Source: a virus (lineage: Duplodnaviria > Caudoviricetes). From it: a stretch of DNA of 40,601 bases. Each line of letters begins with the position of its first letter. Position 1 is the stretch's first letter. This document shows positions 15,603-23,246 of the stretch, piece by piece. The position numbers and the translations under genes were made by a program. The notes beneath the pieces were generated by a model, which made no database searches, had not been told where the DNA came from, and saw nothing but the letters and a program-made list of their open reading frames with translations. Location of the stretch: positions 1 through 40,601 of the IMG/VR virus record IMGVR_UViG_3300025133_000010, one strand, 5' to 3'.

Positions 15603-16637
15603 ATGAGCATCAAACAGAGACGATCTAGTTTCGAGGCTACGGTAATGCACCAAGGTGTTCGATATCGAAGATCATTCAAAGAGAAACTTGAAGCCCAGAT
15701 ATGGGAGGCTCAAGCGAGGGCTGACCTGATTGCTGGGAGAAGCCCGGAGGTATCACGACAAGCAGTTAGTCGTGGTCTTCCCCGAACTCTTCAGGAACTC
15801 AGTGACTACACCTACAAGACTGTGTGGGCTGGGACTCGAAGTGAGGAGACGGCCATCATCAACTCCAACGTGGTAGTTGAGACGATTGGGGCGAGTACAC
15901 CTGTGGGTGAGATCGACAAGGCCACCATCGATTTAGCGGTGGCTGAGTGGAAGGGTGTTGGGAACTCCAACTCTACTTGCAACAGGAAACTTAGTTCCAT
16001 CGGGAAGATGTTATCGGTTGCGGTGGAACTGGGGATCATTGATCGCAAGCCACCCATCAAGAAGTTCCGTGAACCTCAAGGTCGTATCCGCTGGTACACT
16101 GATGAGGAACAGAAGCGAATCACGCGGATGTTCAATCATCTTGGGGCACCTGAGTATGGTGAGATCATCCGGGTGCTTCTTGACACTGGTATGCGGTGTG
16201 GTGAACTCTTCAATCTGAAGTGGGAGGACATACAGGGGAACCTGATTGTCTTGAATGAGACCAAGAACTTCTCTCCGAGGTCTATCCCGATGACGGCTGT
16301 GACTGGTCGTATCATCAGTTCCCAGCAATCTTCTGTTGGCCCCTTCAAGTGGACTCACCTTGAGCGTACCCGAAGGATATGGAACAAGGTTCGGTATCAA
16401 CTGGGTTGGTTCGATGATCCTGGTGCTACCTTGCATGCTTGTCGGCACACCTTCATCAGTAACTTAGTTCAAGAGGGTGTACCGATTGCGATGGTGCAGC
16501 GACTTGCAGGTCACAAGACCATTCAGATGACCTTGAGGTACACTCACCTTGCTCCGAAAGATCTGGAGTCTGCTATTGAGAAGCTTGAAACTAGACGCAA
16601 CAATGTTGTAAGTCTAGTTGCAGAGCGTGTGGCATAA
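15603..16637 (+). CDS. int: Tyrosine integrase
   Basis: TGMRCGEL, LHACRHT, LAGH and TLRYTH catalytic motifs; adjacent attP. Confidence 0.95.
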   Translation: MSIKQRRSSFEATVMHQGVRYRRSFKEKLEAQIWEAQARADLIAGRSPEVSRQAVSRGLPRTLQELSDYTYKTVWAGTRSEETAIINSNVVVETIGASTPVGEIDKATIDLAVAEWKGVGNSNSTCNRKLSSIGKMLSVAVELGIIDRKPPIKKFREPQGRIRWYTDEEQKRITRMFNHLGAPEYGEIIRVLLDTGMRCGELFNLKWEDIQGNLIVLNETKNFSPRSIPMTAVTGRIISSQQSSVGPFKWTHLERTRRIWNKVRYQLGWFDDPGATLHACRHTFISNLVQEGVPIAMVQRLAGHKTIQMTLRYTHLAPKDLESAIEKLETRRNNVVSLVAERVA

Positions 16638-16710
16638 TTTGGTGGCAAATTGAGACGGGTGTGGCAGAATGAAACCACGCGACAACAGAAAAAATCCTTT
16701 ATTATCAAAG

Positions 16711-16751
16711 GCCCGCGTGGTGGAAATGGTAGACACGCAAGACTTAAAATC
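16711..16751 (+). other. attP core: 5' half of a tRNA-Leu(TAA), not a complete tRNA
   Basis: GCCCGCGTGGTGGAAATGGTAGACACGCAAGACTTAAAATC supplies the acceptor 5' strand, D-arm and anticodon loop CT-TAA-AA. Similarity stops there. Confidence 0.88.
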
Positions 16752-16768
16752 CCGTCTCAAACCTCCCG

Positions 16769-16812
16769 CCAGTGGATTGGTGTATAATCAGCAGTCCACT
16801 GGTATTCTTTAT
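16769..16812 (+). terminator. Putative terminator between the attP core and the RNAP gene
   Basis: CCAGTGGATTG-N12-CAGTCCACTGG stem followed by TATTCTTTAT. Confidence 0.5.
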
Positions 16813-16886
16813 CAACTATCCACGGATGGATGAGTTCTTCAAATTCTGAAACTTGTGGCACATAGTGTGGCACTGGGGATGCAAGG

Positions 16887-19280
16887 ATGCGACAAACGGA
16901 TCTTGAAAAAGAGATGGTGGATCTCGGGAAGCAGCGGTACTGGGCTTCCGTGTCACGGGGCCGGGAAAAAGGTACTGAGACATACTCACCAGCGGCGAAA
17001 CGTCTTCTCGGAGAATCGATAGAGACGCTTCGTGATGAGATCAAGCGGTGGATGCGGAACTCGTCGGATGGACCAGGGCGAAAGCACCGAGTTCTTCCTT
17101 ACTTTGAACTGATACCTCCTTCTGTCATGGCGGCGTTGACTGCTCGGACCGTCCTTGATGGGATCTCACAACAACGAACCCTTACATCCATTGCGATGAA
17201 GCTTGGGCAATATCTGGAGGATGAGCATAGAGCGAGGAAGTTGAAGGACGAACATCCTGGTTTATATCGTGATCTATTTGAGAGAACGAAAACCAATCCG
17301 TCCTACGATTCCACTCGACGACTTTGGTATAAGACCGCGCGAGCCAACGATATCTTTCTCCCAAAGTGGGGCGGCAAGGATCGGTGTGCTATTGGGTTGG
17401 TTCTGATCGAGTTGATGCGGACTGCCACTGGTCTCGTTGAGATTGAGACGGTGACGAACATCTTCTCTCGTTCCGTCACATTGGTGCGTGCAACTGAGTC
17501 ACTGTTGCATTGGTTGAAGCAAGCTCACGCATTCCATGAAATCTTGACTCCGGTGTATATGCCGATGGTTGTTGAGCCAAGCCCGTGGAAGAATATGTGG
17601 CAAGGTGGATACCTCAGTGATGAGGTTCGTCGGCGTCCCTTGGTGAAGACCTATGACAAGGGGTATCTGGAAGAACTCGACAACACTCACATGCCTGAGT
17701 TCTATAATGCGATCAATTCACTGCAAAAAACTAAATGGGAAATCAACGACGATGTTCTCCAGTGCATGATGTACTGTTATGAGAATAACTCAGGTGTTGG
17801 GGATCTCCCTGCGAATTGTGATCGTGAAATTCCCACACGCCCTTCAGATAAGGATTGGATCGACGAGGAGATTCAGAAGCAATGGAGGCGTGCTGCTAAG
17901 GAGGTTCACTCTCTAAACCAGCAGGATCGTAGTAAACGACTACACCTCACCAAAGTTTTATACATGGCTCAGAAGTTTTCGGATCAGCCCATCACGTTCC
18001 CCAAGAATTGTGACTTCAGATCCCGTGTATATGATGCTCCTGCTTACCTCAACCCCCAAGGACCTGACTGGGCACGCTCAGTTCTGAGGTTTTCAGAGGG
18101 CGACCCAATCGATACTCAGAATGATGCGAACTACCTTGGGGTACACCTCGCTAATTGCTGGGGGCTTGATAAGAAAACCATCGAGGAACGTCTGAACTGG
18201 GTGTGGGGCCACGAGGATCTATTCAAGGCAATTCACCAGGACCCGCTGGGAACCACCACGGAGTGGTGTAAAGCGGAGGAACCGTGGGGATTCCTTGCAA
18301 CTGCTATGGATATGGGGGAGTTCCTGTTGACGGGTTATGGACACGTATCGAAGATACCCGTTGCTCAAGACGCATCCAATCAAGGGCACCAGATTTACGC
18401 GATGCTGCTTCGGGATCCTGTCGGGGCTAAGTACACCAACGTCCTTCCTTCGGATCGTCCTTACGATCTCTATCAGCAGGTTGCGGATCTTGTCATAGAG
18501 AAGCTGAAGGTCTCCGATGATCCCCGTGCGGCTACTTGGCTGGCCTTCGGCATTGATCGGAGTACATGCAAAAGACAAGTTATGGTTGCCGTCTACGGGG
18601 GCACCCAGCAATCCTGCAAAGAGTACACCGCTCAGTGGTACTTCGATCTCACCAGAAGTGGCAAGCGGCCTAAATCATTCAAGGATCACCCGTTCAAGGC
18701 GTGCATCTTTCTGAGCAATCTCATCTACGAATCCATCGGAGAAGCTGTGCAGTCTGCACAGGCTGGGATGGACTGGCTGCGATCCGTCGCTGGGATCTGT
18801 ATGGAGCATGATGTTATCCCCATGTGGTCCACACCCACAGGGTATCTCGTCAAACAACTTTATGAGAAGCAAGCCTCGATGGAGGTGAAGACCAGCATTG
18901 GGCAGAAGATCCGCCGGCATCGCTTGAGGTTTGGCAAGGGGGATCTTTCACCGATGAAACATAAGAACTCGATTTGCCCGAATTTTGTTCATGGGTTGGA
19001 TGCCGCGTTGATGATGAAAACCACTAACCTAGCAGTACTTAACGATGTCACCCAGTTCTCCATGATCCACGATAGTTATGCGACGACCGCTGCTAAATCT
19101 GGGATGCTTTCCTCATGTCTTCGCCAGGCGAGCGTCGATATGTTTTCTGAGGATCTTATGGAAAATTTTGCGAAGCAGATAACACACCTGCTCCCCACTG
19201 GGGTAGAGTTACCCCCGATCCCCTACGTTGGGGGGTTGGAGATAGAGTCTGTATTCGATTCACAGTATTACTTTTCGTGA
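16887..19280 (+). CDS. T7-like single-subunit DNA-dependent RNA polymerase
   Basis: Motif A DASNQG, motif B RSTCKRQVMVAVYG, PNFVHGLDA and motif C IHDSY. Confidence 0.97.
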   Translation: MRQTDLEKEMVDLGKQRYWASVSRGREKGTETYSPAAKRLLGESIETLRDEIKRWMRNSSDGPGRKHRVLPYFELIPPSVMAALTARTVLDGISQQRTLTSIAMKLGQYLEDEHRARKLKDEHPGLYRDLFERTKTNPSYDSTRRLWYKTARANDIFLPKWGGKDRCAIGLVLIELMRTATGLVEIETVTNIFSRSVTLVRATESLLHWLKQAHAFHEILTPVYMPMVVEPSPWKNMWQGGYLSDEVRRRPLVKTYDKGYLEELDNTHMPEFYNAINSLQKTKWEINDDVLQCMMYCYENNSGVGDLPANCDREIPTRPSDKDWIDEEIQKQWRRAAKEVHSLNQQDRSKRLHLTKVLYMAQKFSDQPITFPKNCDFRSRVYDAPAYLNPQGPDWARSVLRFSEGDPIDTQNDANYLGVHLANCWGLDKKTIEERLNWVWGHEDLFKAIHQDPLGTTTEWCKAEEPWGFLATAMDMGEFLLTGYGHVSKIPVAQDASNQGHQIYAMLLRDPVGAKYTNVLPSDRPYDLYQQVADLVIEKLKVSDDPRAATWLAFGIDRSTCKRQVMVAVYGGTQQSCKEYTAQWYFDLTRSGKRPKSFKDHPFKACIFLSNLIYESIGEAVQSAQAGMDWLRSVAGICMEHDVIPMWSTPTGYLVKQLYEKQASMEVKTSIGQKIRRHRLRFGKGDLSPMKHKNSICPNFVHGLDAALMMKTTNLAVLNDVTQFSMIHDSYATTAAKSGMLSSCLRQASVDMFSEDLMENFAKQITHLLPTGVELPPIPYVGGLEIESVFDSQYYFS

Positions 19281-19301
19281 ACCAATCCACTGGAGAAACA
19301 T

Positions 19302-19955
19302 ATGCGTAAACGGAAGCACATCAAACTGACTACCCCGAAGGGGACTGCGATCTATCCGTGGCTCAATGAGCCAAACCGAAAGTTCGATCAGATCGGCGTC
19401 TACTCCGTGAATCTGCGGATGACAGCACAAGATGCTGCGGAGTTCGTTGAGATTATCACCAAGGTCCGTGATGAGTACCACAAGGAACAAACCAAGGAAC
19501 TGAAGAAGAAGTTGAAGAAGAATGGAGAAGAAAAGGAGTTGAAGAAGGCTGATCTTCCTGTGTTGGATGTGATCGACGATCAGGGTGAGGAAACGAACGA
19601 GGTGGACCTAAAGATCAAACTCAAAGCTGCCTATGAGTACGATGGGAAGACCATCACCCAACGACCCACCCTGATTGATGCGAAGCAACAACCTATCGGG
19701 AACGATATCCAGATCGGATCGGGAACAACACTCCGGTGTGGCGTGGAGGTCGCTCCTTGGTACGTACCTACGATGGGCATCGGGGTCTCCCTGAGATTGC
19801 GTGTGGCACAGATCATCGATCTCGTTGAGTTCGGTGGTGGTGGAGCTGCTGCGTATGACTTCCAGAACGAAGAGGGATTTGAAACGGTTGCTGCAAATCT
19901 CAGTGAAGATTCTGATGACGGCATCACGAACAATCCCCTTGAAGGAATGATGTGA
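19302..19955 (+). CDS. Single-stranded DNA-binding protein (T7 gp2.5-like)
   Basis: TTPKG.A.YPWL..P..KF...G.Y, GVSLRL..AQIIDLVE and an acidic tail. Confidence 0.9.
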   Translation: MRKRKHIKLTTPKGTAIYPWLNEPNRKFDQIGVYSVNLRMTAQDAAEFVEIITKVRDEYHKEQTKELKKKLKKNGEEKELKKADLPVLDVIDDQGEETNEVDLKIKLKAAYEYDGKTITQRPTLIDAKQQPIGNDIQIGSGTTLRCGVEVAPWYVPTMGIGVSLRLRVAQIIDLVEFGGGGAAAYDFQNEEGFETVAANLSEDSDDGITNNPLEGMM

Positions 19956-20326
19956 ATTCTCTTCTCCTCCAGATCCCAGTCACTCCTGTGCCAGCGAGTA
20001 GACCTCGCGTTTCCAAGTGGGGAACCTACTATGGAGCGCGCTACTCAAAGTTCCGCAAGGACGCAAAGCCCGCAGTGGAAGGAGCCTACGGGGGTGACCC
20101 GCTTCAAGGTGGTCTTGAGGTCCGCGCAATCTTTTATTGCAAACGGCCCAAGACCACGAAGCGGAGGGATCCGAGGGGGGATGTTGATAACTATGCCAAG
20201 GCGATCCTCGATTCTTGCAACGGTATTGTGTGGCAAGACGATGATCAAATCCTGAGATTAACCACAAGCAAGCGATGGGAGGATGAGTTTGGACCACGAA
20301 TCGAACTCCTCATTTCTGCGGCATGA
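19952..20326 (+). CDS. rusA: RusA-family Holliday junction resolvase
   Basis: PVPASRPR, DVDNYAKAILD...W.DD.QI. Confidence 0.9.
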   Translation: MNSLLLQIPVTPVPASRPRVSKWGTYYGARYSKFRKDAKPAVEGAYGGDPLQGGLEVRAIFYCKRPKTTKRRDPRGDVDNYAKAILDSCNGIVWQDDDQILRLTTSKRWEDEFGPRIELLISAA

Positions 20327-21899
20327 GGCATGCCCCGACTGTGGATCGAGGAACAACCTCGCTCGCTACGATGATGGTCACGGGTTCTGCTTTGGATGTG
20401 GGCGGTGGGAACCAGGCGACAACCAACAAGTTTCAGAGTACCGAGAGGATGACACGGTGCAATCAGCATTCATACAATCAGAGGCTCGCTTCATAAAGAG
20501 CCGTGGTCTCTCCGAGGAGACCTGCAAGAAGTTCGGGTACGGCATCGGGGAGTACAACAGTACACTCTGTCACGTTGCGAACTACCGTGGTGGTGACGGG
20601 AAGATCGTCGCTCAGAAGATACGACTACCTAACAAAGACTTCAGGATGCTTGGCAAGGCCACCGCGTTGTACGGTGAGCATCTCTGGAGGGATGGCGGGA
20701 AGTTCATCACAGTATGTGAGGGGGAGATAGATTGTCTCTCGGTCTCTCAGGCGTTTGGCAACAAGTGGCCTGTCGTGAGTATCCCCAACGGTGCGAAGGG
20801 AGCTGCGAGGGCCATCACCAGAAGCATCGAGTTCCTTGAGAAGTTCGATCACGTTCATTTCTGCTTCGATCAAGACAAGCCGGGTGTGGAAGCCGCTACC
20901 GAGTGCTCCTTGTTACTGTCGCCGGGGAAGGCGAAGATCGTCACACTGCCCTGCAAGGATGCCAACGAGTGTCTGGTTGAGGGCAAGGTCAAGGAGATGA
21001 TCAACGCGGTCTACGGTGCTCGCACCTACAGACCAGACGGGGTGATCATTGGTGAGGATCTCTGGGAACGGGTGATGACGGATCAACTGGTGGACTCCGT
21101 TCCGTATCCGTGGAGTGGTCTCAATGATCTCGCTCACGGTATCCGCCAAGGTGAACTCGTCACCCTTTGCAGTGGCACAGGGGTCGGCAAGTCTTCGGTG
21201 TGCCGGGAACTGGCGTACTGGTTGATGGGTGCTGGCAAGAAGGTTGGCTACATTGCACTGGAAGAGTCTGTCGAGAAGACCGCCAGGGCGATGATGGGTA
21301 TCTATCTGAACTGCCCTCAACATTACTGGGATTTTCCTGAAGAAAAATTAAAGGAAGCATTTGATGCTGCCATTGGGAATGATCGGCTGGTTCTCTACGA
21401 TCACTTTGGATCGATGGCTTGGGATAACTTGGTATCTAAGATCCGGTACATGGTTCTCCACCTCGGAGCCACCCACATCTTCCTCGATCATCTCAGTATC
21501 ATTGTCTCAGGTATCGGTGATGGTGACGAAAGACGAATGATTGATCATGCCATGACTCGCCTTCGGTCGATCACAGAAGAACTGGGGATCGCTCTGATAC
21601 TGGTTTCTCATCTACGTAGACCGGAAGGACGCGGCCATGAAGATGGTGCTCAAACATCACTTGCTCAACTACGCGGTTCTCACGCTATCGCTCAGCTCTC
21701 TGACATTGTTGTTGGCTTGGAGCGAGACCAGCAAGACGAAGACAACCCAAACGTCACGACTATCAGAGTTCTTAAAAATAGATTTTCAGGAGAATGCGGT
21801 GTCTGTTCAAACAAACTCAAATACGACCGAGAAACAGGAAGACTTGCAGAGTGGATTCGTTCGGACTCTGCTGAAGATCTATCCGAGATCCCTTTTTAA
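20283..21899 (+). CDS. DNA primase-helicase (T7 gp4-like), with probable internal start at GTG 20457
   Basis: C4 zinc finger CPDC...CFGC, TOPRIM EGEID, SGTGVGKS, LDHLS and LRGS motifs. Confidence 0.96.
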   Translation: MSLDHESNSSFLRHEACPDCGSRNNLARYDDGHGFCFGCGRWEPGDNQQVSEYREDDTVQSAFIQSEARFIKSRGLSEETCKKFGYGIGEYNSTLCHVANYRGGDGKIVAQKIRLPNKDFRMLGKATALYGEHLWRDGGKFITVCEGEIDCLSVSQAFGNKWPVVSIPNGAKGAARAITRSIEFLEKFDHVHFCFDQDKPGVEAATECSLLLSPGKAKIVTLPCKDANECLVEGKVKEMINAVYGARTYRPDGVIIGEDLWERVMTDQLVDSVPYPWSGLNDLAHGIRQGELVTLCSGTGVGKSSVCRELAYWLMGAGKKVGYIALEESVEKTARAMMGIYLNCPQHYWDFPEEKLKEAFDAAIGNDRLVLYDHFGSMAWDNLVSKIRYMVLHLGATHIFLDHLSIIVSGIGDGDERRMIDHAMTRLRSITEELGIALILVSHLRRPEGRGHEDGAQTSLAQLRGSHAIAQLSDIVVGLERDQQDEDNPNVTTIRVLKNRFSGECGVCSNKLKYDRETGRLAEWIRSDSAEDLSEIPF

Positions 21900-22218
21900 T
21901 GCGATCCGCGAAGTGGAAACAGGTGGGCACCCAGATCCCAACAACGCTGAAGGTGATGGGGGCAAGTCACTTGGTTCCTACCAGATCTCAAACGACTATT
22001 GGTTTGATGCTCTTGAGCAACACCCAGAGATCGGGGGAACCTACGAGGATGTCCGCAATCCGTACTACGCGGAGATGGTGATGCTCGCTTACTGGGATCG
22101 CTATGCCCCTGATGACACCCCCGAAACCCTTTGTCGGATACACAATGGGGGTCCTCTTGGTTATCTCAGAACAACAACAAGCCCGTACTGGGAGAAGATC
22201 CAGCGATGCCTACCGTAG
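21844..22218 (+). CDS. i-type (destabilase-like) lysozyme, candidate endolysin; start uncertain (TTG 21844 or ATG 21637)
   Basis: AIREVETG..GDGGKSLGSYQI...YW.DA ... RIHNGGP.G....T..YW.K. Confidence 0.78.
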   Translation: MQSGFVRTLLKIYPRSLFNAIREVETGGHPDPNNAEGDGGKSLGSYQISNDYWFDALEQHPEIGGTYEDVRNPYYAEMVMLAYWDRYAPDDTPETLCRIHNGGPLGYLRTTTSPYWEKIQRCLP

Positions 22219-22234
22219 ATGATGGAGGATGGGA

Positions 22235-22417
22235 ATGAAACCAATGCCCTATAAGCAACTCGCTGCTCACCTCAAAGATACCACAGGGAAAAAGATATCT
22301 CATCAACGGGTGCAGCAGATTGAGGCCACCGCACTTAGGAGACTTAGGAAGTTGTTGGAAGAGGACCCGGTGATTATTGAATATCTCAAGGAACATTGTA
22401 AATGTACCGCACCCTAG
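22235..22417 (+). CDS. Small sigma70 region-4-like HTH protein
   Basis: ISHQRVQQIEATALRRLR matches the sigma region 4.2 pattern. GAGGATG RBS. Confidence 0.7.
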   Translation: MKPMPYKQLAAHLKDTTGKKISHQRVQQIEATALRRLRKLLEEDPVIIEYLKEHCKCTAP

Positions 22418-23244
22418 ATCTATTCGCGGGTATCGGAGGGTTCAGCCTTGGTCTCGAACGGACTGGGGGTTTCCAGACGGTTGCGTTCTGCGAGATTGAT
22501 AAGAAGGCTCAGTTGGTCCTCAAGAAGCATTGGCCTGGTGTACCTATCTACGAGGACATAAAGGATCTCACAAGTGAAAGACTGCAAGCAGATGAAATTA
22601 TTCCCGATGTCATCACCGGAGGATTCCCATGCCAAGACATCAGTGGAGCCGGAAAAGGAAAAGGAATTGTTGGGGAGAGATCCGGTCTCTGGTCGGAGAT
22701 GTTTCGACTCATCGGAGATGTACGGCCAACGTGGGCAATTATTGAAAATGTATCAGCCCTTCGATCTAAGGGACTTACCTTGGTCCTTCAAGATCTCTAC
22801 TCGGTCGGGTATTGCGCTGAATGGCATTGTATTCCCGCTAGTGCCGTTGGCGCGCCTCACCAGAGGGACAGGATCTGGATTATTGCCAACCCCAACAGCC
22901 AACAGCTCAATAGCTTGTTCAATGGAAGCAGCCAAGAAGGAAGCGGAGAGGTTACACCCACAGGGGGGGTACACTCTGGCAACCAAGGTAGCAACCGACC
23001 CAAGAACATGGTGGCCCACACCAGATGCGTCACCCCACAAGTATCGTCTACGGGGCGATTCCCAGCAATCCAAATCTTTGAACGGAGTTCATGGTGGGAA
23101 ATTGAACCCAACGTGGGTCGAGTGGCTGATGGGGTTCCCAAGCGGTTGGACAGACTTAAACAACTCGGCAACTCCGTAGTTCCCCAGATCCCCGAACTAT
23201 TAGGACGAGCTATTCTATCCACTAACGCATTACATGAAGGATGA
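22402..23244 (+). CDS. DNA cytosine-5 methyltransferase, alpha-type chain
   Basis: Motif I LDLFAGIGG, IV GGFPCQD, VI ENV, VIII HQRDRIW and X LGNSV. Confidence 0.93.
   Translation: MYRTLDLFAGIGGFSLGLERTGGFQTVAFCEIDKKAQLVLKKHWPGVPIYEDIKDLTSERLQADEIIPDVITGGFPCQDISGAGKGKGIVGERSGLWSEMFRLIGDVRPTWAIIENVSALRSKGLTLVLQDLYSVGYCAEWHCIPASAVGAPHQRDRIWIIANPNSQQLNSLFNGSSQEGSGEVTPTGGVHSGNQGSNRPKNMVAHTRCVTPQVSSTGRFPAIQIFERSSWWEIEPNVGRVADGVPKRLDRLKQLGNSVVPQIPELLGRAILSTNALHEG
22574..23179 (+). CDS. Nested alternative-frame methyltransferase beta-type chain (carries motif IX and PTP repeats)
   Basis: 201-aa ORF wholly inside the MTase gene, with LPTP/WPTP and GKLNPTWVEWLMGFPSGWT. Confidence 0.72.
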   Translation: MKDCKQMKLFPMSSPEDSHAKTSVEPEKEKELLGRDPVSGRRCFDSSEMYGQRGQLLKMYQPFDLRDLPWSFKISTRSGIALNGIVFPLVPLARLTRGTGSGLLPTPTANSSIACSMEAAKKEAERLHPQGGYTLATKVATDPRTWWPTPDASPHKYRLRGDSQQSKSLNGVHGGKLNPTWVEWLMGFPSGWTDLNNSATP

Positions 23245-23246
23245 CC

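Larger units (their letters stand above)
16629..16872 (+). promoter_or_regulatory. attP region with GTGGCA arm-type direct repeats
   Basis: GTGGCA at 16629, 16642 and 16661 (left) and 16855 and 16867 (right), flanking the tRNA-derived core. Confidence 0.72.

Noticed and set aside
16711-16790. Complete tRNA-Leu gene
   Set aside because: The 3' anticodon stem, variable arm, T-arm and acceptor 3' strand are absent; only the 5' half is present.
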